Positions 11,331-23,058 of a DNA stretch of 64,000 nt are shown here, one piece after another (the first letter of the stretch is position 1; every line of letters starts with the position of its first letter). The notes under the pieces are model-generated. The model was not told the origin of the DNA. It searched no databases and saw nothing but the letters and a program-made list of their open reading frames with translations. The translations under genes were made by a program, and so were the position numbers. Origin of the DNA: Monocercomonoides exilis PA203 (Eukaryota; Protista; Preaxostyla); NCBI GenBank assembly GCA_001643675.2, contig LSRY02000001.1:930001-994000 (forward strand), given 5' to 3'.

Positions 11331-12779
11331 TAACTCACAAAAATACAACACCTTCTGTGCAACATACACTTGATCAATGTTCAAATAAGAACGTCAAACA
11401 TCACAGAAATTTATTTTTTATATCTAATTGAAAAAAAGGAACAGAATTTCTTTTAGAAGGAAATTGAAATGAGAAGAAAAGATGAATATAATAGAAAATG
11501 AAAAATTGAAAGCTATTTAAGATATGATTCATGATTTGATTCAAGACATTTGATACCATTTCTTTGAAATTTCAAAAAAATTTCATTTAATTATTAGAAG
11601 TTTATGTTATTCTTCACTCTTTTATTATAACATTAAAAATTGCTCAATATTAACAGCTTTTTGAAATTCTTTTAATTTCATTGAGGACAGTATCGATAAC
11701 ATTTTCCTGTTTAATAATTTCTCATAAAAATTCACACATAAAGTCAAGTTAAAAACTGTTTGTTATTCAATATAGGAAAATATTTAAAAAGAAGTCTCCC
11801 TTCAGATAATCGAAACGTTTATTCGAACATTTGAAATGCAAACAAAGAAATATGAACAAATTGTTCAGTTGCTTCAAAGTACAAGAAAATTATATCGAAT
11901 AACATAAATATGATTAAGCAGTGAAAATGATATTTGAAATCTGTTTTATTGTAACGTAACATTTGAGGATAGGGCAACAAAACTCAATAAAATAACATTC
12001 AGCAATATATGATGGGAACGGAATGATCAACATTTTTTGATCAATTGAGATCAAATTTTCAGATCAGTTAAACGTTTGCGACTTTTCAAAAAGAATGACC
12101 CATATCTCAAAATTTTAGGTTTGGAGTTTTATCATCTCATATCAAGGAACATAATCGATTTTATATATTTTCATTTGCTTCATTCAATTATTCAACAGTT
12201 TCACAATATCATTTTTGAACGCCAATATTCAAAACATTAAAAATTTTTGTGCTTCAATGATGTTTGATTTAATTTTTGGTTAAAATTAGGATATAAATTA
12301 TCTTATTTGAAAGCAATTCAATCATTTTGGATATATTGAAATTTCTGATCAATTGACGGAAATTTCAATTTGAATTCTATCAATGAACATTTGGATTCTC
12401 TAAGAAGAATCAAAATAAATGAAGTGATAAAATATCTGCTCCTGTGCGTGATATGAAAGAGGTGCAACTCGCACTTGATGATTTTTTCAACTGTGAGGAA
12501 ACAACAAATACAATAATTAATGAAAGCTCCTTGAAGCAGACATTATTCAAATTGACATTGGTTTATGAACAAGCTTCTATGAATTAGAGGACTGCTTCGA
12601 GCTCAAACAAAAACAACGATAAAGATGACGAAGATGAAAAGGACAAAGCTGAAGAAGGGAAAGAAAATTGCTTATGCAAATGCTTCAGCTTATGTGATCA
12701 AAATGATTCGTGTTTGTTGATCACTGAGAAAGAAATATGTCAAAAATAAAAATAAAAATAAAAACAATTGCTCTCAATA

Positions 12780-14110
12780 CAGACCACGTTATTTCTCAAC
12801 TGTAAAGGCTCTTCAGACGTGATTGCGCAGTCACAGAAGGTCAAACTTCCACTTGCCATGCAAAAGATAGAGTGATACGATGAAACAAACCCTGGCGCAA
12901 AGACGATGTTTTATTTCAAAAACTGGCTTTCCAGCGAAGAGGATTCAACAAAATTCGATTTTTCATCTAATTTTGTGATTTCCGAGTTAAATAAAACGAC
13001 AGCCTGCGTGTCTTCCAATAGCCTGAACTGTCTCAGATAAAATGTCTATCTCTGCTAAAACAGCTGCCTTCTTCACCGTCAGCACGTTCTGGTACGGCTC
13101 GTAGTTCAGATGCCGCACAGCCTCGCTCAGCGTCTCACACGGGTCTTCCCTTCGCCCACAGTCCTTCTCGTTCTTCCCTTTCTCTCCTGACACAAATATC
13201 TACTCTGACTTGTTGAACACAATAAATGGCACCAAATCAATCGGCTCGTAATGAACCTTGTCCAACCCGAAGATCGCATTTTTTCTGTCAAAGGCCAACT
13301 CGCTGAAATCCATCACAAACAGCGCCTCGTTGATATCATCAATCGATCGGCAGGCAATGGAAAAATCCTTCGCCAAACTCGCTCTGTTCAAAGAAAACAG
13401 AATTATCCGAAATTTGATTGGCAGCGCCTTCGCTTTCTCTGAAGATGAGCATCTGAATGTTCTAAATTGTCAAAACAGCTTTATGTTGTTCCACTAACGT
13501 TTCTTTCATGTTTCGATCTAATTCTGTGATTATTAGAACTCATCCGTTCAGATATTTCTCCTTTCACATGGACGCCTCTTTCCAGCAAAAGTTCAATTTT
13601 TGTATATCAGCCTTTATCGCTCAATGAAGATGTCAATCCATCCAAACAGCAGTTCGCAAATTGACAGATGCACATTAAGCAGAACAGATTCACTTAGAAA
13701 ACATTTTTCATTCATCATCAGATCGACAGCCTTGTTGAAATAGCTTTTGTCAGACCTAACCAGAATATTCGTTTTATCCTCAAATTGTTTCGCAAATGCA
13801 AACAACTCAGAATTCACTCCCTTCCTCAGATCATTAACCATAATGAACATGTCTCTTCCCTGGTGTGCCTTGTTTCCTCCAACGCTTATCTCTGCAAATG
13901 AATATCTGTCATTGTTGTCTGTTACACCGTCTTATTGATTTCTCCGTCACATCTTTTTAATATCGTGTGTATACCGTTTGTTATTCCCACATTGCTCATT
14001 TTCAGCTGCCCATCTGCCCCTTTCAGCTCAAAAGACATCGCTCCTCCCTTTTTGCATCCTTCTGAGCCAAGTGTTTGGAACGTGCACCCAACAACTTCGA
14101 TTTCGTAGCT
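12780..14110 (-). pseudogene. Second decayed fragment of the beta-helix surface-protein family
   Basis: Family motifs IFVSGEKGKNEKDCGRREDPCETLSEA and GNKAHQGRDMFI (NxAxxGxDxF) are present, with multiple stops and frameshifts. Confidence 0.75.
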
Positions 14111-14628
14111 ATTTTGGAGAGAGAATATCGAAGATCACATATTTGATGCTCCGTTGATGAAGATGTTGAATGAAAAAGAGTTCAACGAAAGAATTGCTGA
14201 GTATGAATCTTTTTCTTTTAATTTATTGTTTTTTGGTTTTCTCCATTTAAATAACAAACAAGTCATTGAACAAATTAATGTCTGGATATTAAAGAAAGAT
14301 TTTTGTCTTATAATAAACATGAGCTTCGACGTTATCAAAGAAAACAATAAAAAGATTGAACTTTGCCTTTGGATTTAAATTAATTTTAAGATTTGAACAA
14401 ACTGTAATCTTTTGATAATTGATAATTTTTTTAATGTTTGAAAATTTTGCACATATTTTTGTGCTCAAAATAACCTGCGAAATAGAAAAAAGTCAATTGT
14501 GCTTCTTTCGTTCGAAAAAACAGAAAAAAATATTAATACATTAATGATTTGTGTTAATCAAAAAATGATCACAACAAAAGGAAGTGTATGAAAATATACA
14601 ACGTATTCAATTATGAAATAATGAAAGA

Positions 14629-14806
14629 ATAAAAAACAAGGGAAGTTAGAAAATATTTATGGGATAGATCGATTGAAAAATGGATTGTTCAAAACAATGC
14701 ATTTTCGAAAGATAGAACTAATTTTAAATAAATTATCATAACAAGTTTTATCGTGTACGACATCAGAAATATTTTTTATCGATGGTCCATATCCTTGGAA
14801 CTTGCC
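14629..14806 (-). repeat. 178-bp inverted repeat, right arm (partner 5589-5766)
   Basis: Reverse complement of 5589-5766. It is followed by AAAATCACCC|AT, a terminus resembling the other CCC|AT ends. Confidence 0.9.
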
Positions 14807-16056
14807 AAAATCACCCATATGAAAATATTATTTTTTTTGGAAATTTTTACAAAAGGAAGTTATCAAAAAAATTTAGACATTTGTCTCATTTCAAGAAGCT
14901 GAATTCAAATATTTTTCACATAAGAATTAATCAATAAACACACTTTCAGAATTCTTTTATTGTTTAAGACTGTTCATCAGAATTATTTTCAATGCGAATA
15001 ATTTTTTTTGATTGAAAAATGTATAATCTCACAATAAGAGATGAATTCACTTGAAAATTATCCTATTTCAAGGATGAAGATTTATTTCGAAAAATCAAAA
15101 AATTTTATGTTTATTGACAAAAAATAAATTTGGAGGTTCAAATTTACTTCATTTTCACAAATATTGACTGAATACAGTATTTTCTTCACTTTTCACCAAT
15201 CAACCAATTTCCAATTTTTCACAAAAAAGAATTTTTTTTTTCTCAATTTTTAAAAATTTGAATAAAAAGCATTTCAATTTTGAACAATATTTAATTCAAA
15301 TTCGGTTTTCTTATTGTGTTCATATGAAGAATTTTCATTTTTCAAGATTTTGGTTTTTCTTAATTCTCACGAATATTTTCGTCAATAATTTAGTTATTCT
15401 GCACATTTTTTGTATGAGAATGCCATTCTAATGGTTTGATGATTCCAGAAAAAGTTATGAACAAATCTTTGTTTTTTTATAAATACAAGAATATTGCCTC
15501 ATATTTGAAAAAATTATTTTTTTAAAAAATTAAAAACAATACTTAAATATTCGAAAAATATAATGTTAAAAAAAATATGTTAAAGATTTATAATAACCCA
15601 CAAAAAGAATCATCACACAAATGAGACATATTATTGAAATAATCATCATGGATAAAACTTGGATAAGTGTATTGTGAAGCAATAAAAAGAAGTAAAATTC
15701 CAACAAACTGCTTTTCCTTTGCAATATTATCACATAACGACAAATCAAAATTAGTACATAAATATTCGTCAAAACAGTAAAATTCAAAACAATAAAAAAC
15801 TTTGAATTCAAAGAAAATACTGTTGAAAAATCTGCATTTTTAAACAACAGCGAACGTCAAATGCATAATTGTTGAAATGAAATACACAAATTTATTTATT
15901 GTAAGTTATAGCTTGATTCAAACATACACATATCAGAAAAATAAATAAAAAACGAAGAAATGAAGATTGCTGAAAAAAAAAAAAAGACAGAAAGAAAAGA
16001 CATGAAAGTCAAACGAATAAATTAACCAAAACGAGGAAAAAAGACAAAATATAAAA

Positions 16057-19000
16057 TTAATCTTCAAGAAATGGCTCTTGCATGTCTAATGGAACATCAA
16101 TCGGTTTTGTTGTTGTGCCATAATCATAAGCATTACTTGAATAAACCGAGCCATCTTTCCCCTTTTCCATCTTTCCAGGAATACTCGAATTAATCGAACT
16201 TAGCAAACTCTGCTTTTCCTTGAATTCATCAACAAGCACTTTTTTCTTCCAATGCCTTCGCACAAGTAACAATATGACTGCAAACGCAATGGCAGCGGAC
16301 ACAGTACACGTGACAACAATTGTTATCATTGTTCTCTCGTTAAACTCTTCTGTTTCTTTTCCTTCACAAATGAGTAGCGGAACTGTTGTCATATTTTTAT
16401 TTAATGAACGCAAATCACTGAACGTAAGCGCAGCATACACCGCTGCTCCGTCAGAACGCTCAAAGATATCCTTCGGAAAATATCCGGTAATCGTATTTTC
16501 GAAGCTGCAGTCCAGATTGGTTGTAAGCTTACTTTCGAGTAATTCACTTGTTGAATTTCCATTGATCGTTCTGTAAACAAGTATCACCATGGAAAAGAAA
16601 CAGTGGACAAGGCACTTTCCTGTTAGAGTCACTTCGTACACTTCTCCAATCTTCGTTAACGATGCATTCTCAGTCCGAGGTGTTAACATACTCGACATCA
16701 TATCAGAGGGAAACCCAACAAGCAAGCAATTGTCGTTTTCTATCCAGAAATTGTCCGGAAGTTCCTCGTTGATTTTTTCTTCCCTACGACTGCTTTGCGC
16801 GTCAATGCTTGATTTTTTACTTTCGATTTTTGATTCAAAATTTATTGAGCTTCCAGTACCTTTGACAAGCTCAATAGTACCTTTATCATCATTTTCCTGT
16901 GATGTGTCGCTTTTGCATATAATGTTGTGAGCAACGCTCGGAAATGCCTCCAATTCAACAGAGTTCCCTTTCAACGATTCAGGATCGATAGACAGATAGC
17001 TGTTTTCAGAGTAAATAGCTCCCTCAAGCTTTGTTCTGAACGATGCATTGCGCACATACGCAAAGCTATCAACAAAACTCAAAAAAGAGCTACTCCAAAA
17101 ACAAATGTCATTTGAGTTGTCTTTCTGCATATAATCAGTTGAAGAATGCGCATTCACATATAAAAAGCTGCAACCTGTTATTTCAGCACAGCTACATCCA
17201 CTTGCATCCAAAAAGAAGCCTTTTCTAGGAATATGCGAAGTGAGAGAGACGTTTGTATCAATGAATTGAAGAGGAACACGAAGAGGAATCGAAGACTTCT
17301 CATTGTGCGATGAAGTGTTCAGATTTGAATGAGAAGAAGATGATGTCTGAGGAAGTGAAGAAATGCTTGAGGAAATGAAAGAAGATGTTGAGGTTGATAG
17401 TGAAGTGGATTCTGTAAAGTGTTGATGAGCACTGCTTTCACAAGCTTTCTTTTCCTTAACGGAAAACACAATCAGAGATTTTCTGTCATTTACAGTTATG
17501 TTATTCACGCTGCATTCCTTCAGCCGTACATTCACTTTTCGTTCATCTTCCAGCTGCGAGCAATCAATAAAACAAGTGCTGCCATAAAACAGCACCTCAT
17601 TCAGGCACACAAAATAGCACGAAAGAGTTCCAGATTCAATTTTGAATACAGTTGGAATGGCTGTCAGCTCCTTTGCTGAGGTAACAGTGCACTTCTCAAC
17701 CACAAAGGTACCCTCATTGCTGATAAAAAAGAGACAACTCGCAGGCAAATCTGCACTGACCTTCACATTCGTCTTATTCAGCACGCATTTTCCTTCGATC
17801 ACGATATGTGCATCAATTGGTCCATCACCTTCTCTCCGCACATATGTTCTTCCAAGTGCATTTTGTTCATTTGCTGAATGTTGGATGTAATCTAATTGCA
17901 GCCCTGCATCTTCAGTCTCTCCTTCCACCAAAAGTGATTTCCATGTTACTGAAAAATAAAGTGATGGGTTTCCAATCACTCGAATCGTAAGTTGTTCATC
18001 TTCATCTTCTGAAGGTTGATAAGATAAATGGGCCATTGCATAATTGACCGTGTGGCACGGATTGTCTTCATCTCCACAGAAAAAGATGTCCCATCCTTCG
18101 ACTTGTTCAGCAGCTCTTCTGTTTGAATTTAGTGAATTATCGTTTGATGAATGCCAGAAAGAAGATGAAGAGGAGGATGAAATTGTCCCAGTTTGATACT
18201 TTTTTGCAGGAGCATCAAATCCGCTAACATAAACTACAGCATTTCGAAATGTTAAAAATTCCAGAAAATCAACAGTTTTGCCATCTTTTTCACTTTCTGC
18301 TGCGATCGAGTTTTGCTCTCTCCAAAGTGGATGATGGAAATTGATTCCAAATTTCTTCGATTCGTCTTTGTTCATGATGCTTGCACATCTGAAGAATATG
18401 TCACTTCCAGTATTTGCCTTGTTTTCGAACAAGCAAACGTCCTGAAACACAAAAGGAAACGTTGACGAATCGAATGCCAAATAGATTGCTCCTCCTTTCG
18501 TTTCCTTCTCATAAAGTTGTGTGTCAAGACCATCATGACAGAATGTGCAATTTTTGAGCAAAAGTTCCGAACTCTCTTCAGCTTCATCGTTTTCAGAAGT
18601 TGTTGAAGAACCTTTTCCGTCTTGCTTTTTCTCGCTCCAGTGAATGCATCCGCCATAAGGTTCAAAATCATCAGGACACACAAACCCACTGAACGATGAG
18701 TTGTGCAATTCGAGCTTTTGCCGAGTGCTTTCTCTGCTTCGAAGAAACCGCCCTTCTACAATTGTCTCATCTGCATTTTGAGAAGATCTCTCTGAATCTG
18801 CCTGGTTATCCGTTTTGACACACGAAAAATTAGATATAAATATATTTTTAACATTCTGCTCGTTCTTCTTTTTCGGATTGCAAGACAAGCTGTAAGCAAC
18901 AAAGATCAAATCATGATTTATTCGCACATTTTCTATAAAAACATTTTTCATTTGCAGCAAATCCATGCTATCTCCCAAGTTGAACATTGCCCGTGTAATC

Positions 19001-22000
19001 AAAGAGCTCTCCCCTTTGACAGTCAAGTTATCAAGTATCAAATTCCCCTTTATGACATTGTACAGGACATAGCTAACAGATTGCTCTTCTTTCACTGAAG
19101 AGAAAGAAATCATCATATCCTTCCACATTGAAGCTCCATCAGCGATTGTAATTGCATTCTTTGTTTTGTTTGTCATTGAACTCAAAACAAGGTTAATAGT
19201 CGTGACATTAACTTTTCCATCTAAATAGATAACATCTTCCCAACTGCCGCTGTATTTTATGTTCACCTCGACTTTTCCCACAATCCCCATCTCACTAGAA
19301 GAGCAAACCAGCACATCTTCTAAAGTTACAGGCTGTGTGAGATACACCAGATCAATGATAATTAACATTCGTGGCAAATTAAGATGACTCCATCCATAAC
19401 TCAATGATCTGCAAGGGAGCTCCTGTGTTCCGCATCGTGTGAAGTCTGTGCCTCGCGAAGATGATACATATATTACTGAATCGTTGTATTTTTCAAGGAA
19501 TTTCGTAATGCTTATGCCATTTCTATAATTGTAATTATCAAAGCAGCCAATTTGCTTTTCGTCAAATGATTCATCAACAAAGCTAAATATCGTTTGCAAA
19601 TTGATTTCAAGCAAGGAATTAGTAGTAAATGAAATATCTCGAAAATTTTCAGCAGAATTATTTTCAAATTGCAGTTGGTTTAAAATCATTGAAGCACCTT
19701 TAGACATCTTTAGTGACAGTGCGCCTGCCAAGCTACGCGCAGCACAAGATTTAAAAGAACTATTTGAGACAACAAGACCAGAACCCTCGTTCAAAAAAAT
19801 CGAAACAAATCCTCCAATTACAACTTCTGATGTTATTAAGCTGACTGTGACATTTCGCATAGTAATATAGTATGTATCGTGAAGTGATGTAGATATAAAC
19901 ACTGGATGATATTGATCAGTACTAATATTATGAAAAACGCTATTCATAACATTTATAATTGCATCACCTGTTGTTAAAACAATGTTTTCAATTGAACCAA
20001 TTGGTATGTTTAAAAATTCGCATTCCGAAATTGTGAGGGAATCGTTATTCATCAAGTGTAAAAATAGAAAACTTTGGAATTTTAATGAATATAAATTTCT
20101 TTCGAAGGAATGCGATCGCTCTTTAAAACTGTGCGAAGCCTCAGAAACGCTATCACACTTGAAAGAAACATGATTCAGCAAAACAGTAGAAGGACTCGAA
20201 TGACGTAGGGTGCAAAAAATAGAACCAAATGGATAAAAAGTCGTTTTATGAAATATCAATGCTAAATTGCAAATGGAAAATGAAGAAGTTGAAATAGTAA
20301 AAACATATTCAGAAGAATTTGCATAATTTTGATTGCTAATCTCTACAATTCCGCCTCCATTTCCATCAATTGTTAATTCAATTTCATTCACAAAGCAACA
20401 GACTTCAGCAATGGTTTGCGAGTTTGATGGAATGGAGAACTTCACATTTTCTTTCAATGCTACATGATCCAAAGCTTGATGTACTGTCTGACAAGGCCGA
20501 TTTTCCGAAGATCCACATGCAGCATCGAATTGGGCTGTTGAATCTAACACAATGACGCGCTGTGCAACATCAAATGACTTGCTCAGATAGAGAATCCAAT
20601 CTGGCTCACCTGGCACCAACTGAGTTACAGCTCTTTCATCTTTATGAGATGCTTTGCACAACGAAAAGAACCTTAGTCCGTCGTCGTAGTCGGAACTGCT
20701 CGCAATAAAAATATAAGATCTGTTTTTGACTGCCAAATCGATGACAAAATAACTTGCAAACACGCAATAAGGAATCTCATCTGATAGCCGCAGGACTTCA
20801 TCAAATAAGTGTGAATTCGCAAAACTGAACAAAATTGTTTCTGTGGATTCGGAATGACAGCCAGAAAAGTCACACTCAGAAACAAGAACACATTCTTCAA
20901 CATTCACCAGTAAAAGTCCACCTCCGTTTCTTTTTGAGATGCAACTCATAAAGATGCTTTGAAAGCATATTGGCTCAGCTTCCCCGATGTGTTCTCTTGA
21001 CTTCATATTCCGAACTGTTTGCCTATTCTTATCTTTGCCTTCATTTGCAAAAATGTTTCTTTCACGAATTTGTGAGCAATCATTTTGATGCAGAATTGTG
21101 CGACTTTCACACAAGACAGCTTTTCTTTGTGGAATCTTTACCGCGCTGTGCTCAAATATTACGCACGAATCCTCATTTGAACTGCAATTTACGAACAAAC
21201 ATTGTTTGATTGCCGGCGGATATATGCTGATTATATGAACGGCTCCAGCAGCTACTTCAGCATAATTGTTTATATTTTCAAATTTTATGTCATTGAATGT
21301 GGTATTTTTCAGCTTGACGTTAACGTTTCCAGATACAAAAATAGCTCCTCCAGATAAAACTTCGCTTGCACAATCAAGAAAATAGCAATCTTTAACAACT
21401 AGAGTAACGAAAGTCTCATCTTCTGTTTTAGCAAAGATGAACTGGCCAGGTCCATCGCCTTTAATTCCCTTCCAGGTGCATGAGTCAAACTCAAATTCCT
21501 TATCAACGGCAGGATCCAGTACGATTCTTTTGAGTGTTTCGTTTGTGTAGTGCTTATTTGCCCATCGCGAACATGAAATATGTGTTGTGTTAAAATTAGT
21601 CAGTGAGCGAACACCAGTAGAGATCGAAGGGATAATCGTGCCTTCATATATTTCGCAAACGCGATCAAACGTGCAGCCATTTATTTCATATGAACTCAAA
21701 TGTGATGCAAAATCATGGCAATTAGTATTTTGCTTTGAGGAAATGTTATAAAAAGTTGAAAACTGCATTTCCAATGTTGATTTGAAGAGAGACGACGCAA
21801 CAAATGTTGATATCATAATTGCAGATGAAAATAACGAAGATGATATTTGCACAGAGACAGAGGGACGTGAAATCGATGAATTACTTTTTAGAGAGACAAA
21901 CGAATTCATTTCCAAAGAATCTTTGTGAAACGCAAGCGAGATATTTATCAGATGCAAATCACTTCCAGTTTGGACAAACGGGCAGCACAATTTGTGTTCA

Positions 22001-22401
22001 TTTGCAAAAACAATGCAATTTTCCAGCGAAATGAACGAAAATTCATCCTGAAAAATTGTTGAGCATTCACGCCTAGCAAAAATGGTTATTTCAGTAATTG
22101 CTGAAGTCGAGTTGATAGATCTTATTTTCGAATGCAGGCAACTCATATTGTTCAAAAAATTTCCTTTACGATATCCGAAATCATAACCATTAAAAGATGT
22201 AACACATATTTCTTTTGAAGGAAAGAATTCATTCCTTGAAACTCTGTTAGAATTTAACATCATTGAACGTTTGGCAATTTTTTCGAGGGAAAATGAATCA
22301 TTGTTTTGAATGATTGATTCAAATTTCAATTCTGCACATTCAGCTATGCTAAGCATATTCGTGAAAATGGTAAAATTTACAAGCAAATAAATAATATACA
22401 T
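16057..22401 (-). CDS. 2114-aa intronless type-I membrane/surface protein with pectin-lyase-like beta-helix (Pmp-like) repeats
   Basis: Hydrophobic N-terminal signal, GGAI/GGCI and FxxNxA motifs, and three CGxxxxPC modules. It has the FPSVAHNIIC motif, a C-terminal TM helix (ITIVVTCTVSAAIAFAVILLLV) followed by RRHWKKK, and a short tail. Confidence 0.85.
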   Translation of the reverse strand: MYIIYLLVNFTIFTNMLSIAECAELKFESIIQNNDSFSLEKIAKRSMMLNSNRVSRNEFFPSKEICVTSFNGYDFGYRKGNFLNNMSCLHSKIRSINSTSAITEITIFARRECSTIFQDEFSFISLENCIVFANEHKLCCPFVQTGSDLHLINISLAFHKDSLEMNSFVSLKSNSSISRPSVSVQISSSLFSSAIMISTFVASSLFKSTLEMQFSTFYNISSKQNTNCHDFASHLSSYEINGCTFDRVCEIYEGTIIPSISTGVRSLTNFNTTHISCSRWANKHYTNETLKRIVLDPAVDKEFEFDSCTWKGIKGDGPGQFIFAKTEDETFVTLVVKDCYFLDCASEVLSGGAIFVSGNVNVKLKNTTFNDIKFENINNYAEVAAGAVHIISIYPPAIKQCLFVNCSSNEDSCVIFEHSAVKIPQRKAVLCESRTILHQNDCSQIRERNIFANEGKDKNRQTVRNMKSREHIGEAEPICFQSIFMSCISKRNGGGLLLVNVEECVLVSECDFSGCHSESTETILFSFANSHLFDEVLRLSDEIPYCVFASYFVIDLAVKNRSYIFIASSSDYDDGLRFFSLCKASHKDERAVTQLVPGEPDWILYLSKSFDVAQRVIVLDSTAQFDAACGSSENRPCQTVHQALDHVALKENVKFSIPSNSQTIAEVCCFVNEIELTIDGNGGGIVEISNQNYANSSEYVFTISTSSFSICNLALIFHKTTFYPFGSIFCTLRHSSPSTVLLNHVSFKCDSVSEASHSFKERSHSFERNLYSLKFQSFLFLHLMNNDSLTISECEFLNIPIGSIENIVLTTGDAIINVMNSVFHNISTDQYHPVFISTSLHDTYYITMRNVTVSLITSEVVIGGFVSIFLNEGSGLVVSNSSFKSCAARSLAGALSLKMSKGASMILNQLQFENNSAENFRDISFTTNSLLEINLQTIFSFVDESFDEKQIGCFDNYNYRNGISITKFLEKYNDSVIYVSSSRGTDFTRCGTQELPCRSLSYGWSHLNLPRMLIIIDLVYLTQPVTLEDVLVCSSSEMGIVGKVEVNIKYSGSWEDVIYLDGKVNVTTINLVLSSMTNKTKNAITIADGASMWKDMMISFSSVKEEQSVSYVLYNVIKGNLILDNLTVKGESSLITRAMFNLGDSMDLLQMKNVFIENVRINHDLIFVAYSLSCNPKKKNEQNVKNIFISNFSCVKTDNQADSERSSQNADETIVEGRFLRSRESTRQKLELHNSSFSGFVCPDDFEPYGGCIHWSEKKQDGKGSSTTSENDEAEESSELLLKNCTFCHDGLDTQLYEKETKGGAIYLAFDSSTFPFVFQDVCLFENKANTGSDIFFRCASIMNKDESKKFGINFHHPLWREQNSIAAESEKDGKTVDFLEFLTFRNAVVYVSGFDAPAKKYQTGTISSSSSSSFWHSSNDNSLNSNRRAAEQVEGWDIFFCGDEDNPCHTVNYAMAHLSYQPSEDEDEQLTIRVIGNPSLYFSVTWKSLLVEGETEDAGLQLDYIQHSANEQNALGRTYVRREGDGPIDAHIVIEGKCVLNKTNVKVSADLPASCLFFISNEGTFVVEKCTVTSAKELTAIPTVFKIESGTLSCYFVCLNEVLFYGSTCFIDCSQLEDERKVNVRLKECSVNNITVNDRKSLIVFSVKEKKACESSAHQHFTESTSLSTSTSSFISSSISSLPQTSSSSHSNLNTSSHNEKSSIPLRVPLQFIDTNVSLTSHIPRKGFFLDASGCSCAEITGCSFLYVNAHSSTDYMQKDNSNDICFWSSSFLSFVDSFAYVRNASFRTKLEGAIYSENSYLSIDPESLKGNSVELEAFPSVAHNIICKSDTSQENDDKGTIELVKGTGSSINFESKIESKKSSIDAQSSRREEKINEELPDNFWIENDNCLLVGFPSDMMSSMLTPRTENASLTKIGEVYEVTLTGKCLVHCFFSMVILVYRTINGNSTSELLESKLTTNLDCSFENTITGYFPKDIFERSDGAAVYAALTFSDLRSLNKNMTTVPLLICEGKETEEFNERTMITIVVTCTVSAAIAFAVILLLVRRHWKKKVLVDEFKEKQSLLSSINSSIPGKMEKGKDGSVYSSNAYDYGTTTKPIDVPLDMQEPFLED

Positions 22402-23058
22402 GTAAAATGCATTTAACCAATTTTAACTCCGACAAAAAAGATTGAAAGAATAACTTAAAACTATTATGGTTGTACTCAATAATCTATTCATTGTTATCCT
22501 CATATAAGTTAAGGATTGTTGATGAATATATTTTAAACAAGTGATGATTTTTCAGCATATTATGTAATAAAAATCTAATTTCCAAATTTTCTTGATGAGG
22601 TTTTTGAAAAAATGAATTACAACAGTTTATTTATTCATTTTATGATACTGTTGAAAAGGAAATATATTTTTCAATTATTTCCCGTTGATAAATTTTTCCC
22701 CATAATTGATTGAAAGTGTGATTTCGAAAAGGATCAATCAAATATTATTCATTTGAAAGAATAAAACAGTAAATCGTAGAAAATTCAGAATATACTTATA
22801 TTCAAAATGAGAAAATATTGAGGAAGTCATTAAGATTGCTCAATAAATGAAATTTTTTTTAATTGTGAAGATAATTGTATATTTTAAGGCTGCATTAATT
22901 TATCTTTTTCTCTTTTTCGAATGAAATGCCTAAATAAATGGAAGAGGAAGCGGTGCTTTTTTAAATGTTGCAGCAAAGAAAAATCTAAATTGGAGGAGTG
23001 TGGACAATTACCACAAGCAAAATGAGAAAGAAAATTAAAATGTCCAGCAAACGATATA

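Larger units (their letters stand above)
5771..12101. mobile_element. Non-autonomous cargo-carrying (Pack-type) DNA transposon, 6331 bp
   Basis: Perfect 24-bp TIRs GGGTCATTCTTTTTGAAAAGTCGC at 5771-5794 and 12078-12101, flanked by AT (ATAT) on both sides. A degenerate subterminal IR is also present (cactccgttaccattata vs cattccgttcccatcata). No transposase is recognisable inside, only host-like gene fragments. Confidence 0.8.

Noticed and set aside
12400-12740. Short acidic coding-like patch on the + strand
   Set aside because: It is interrupted by stops and too short to assign; probably another decayed fragment.
1-14110. Alternative genetic code (TAA/TAG=Gln or TGA readthrough) to explain the broken ORFs
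   Set aside because: The breaks include all stop types and frameshifts, while multi-kb genes elsewhere are open in the standard code and end in TAA or TGA.
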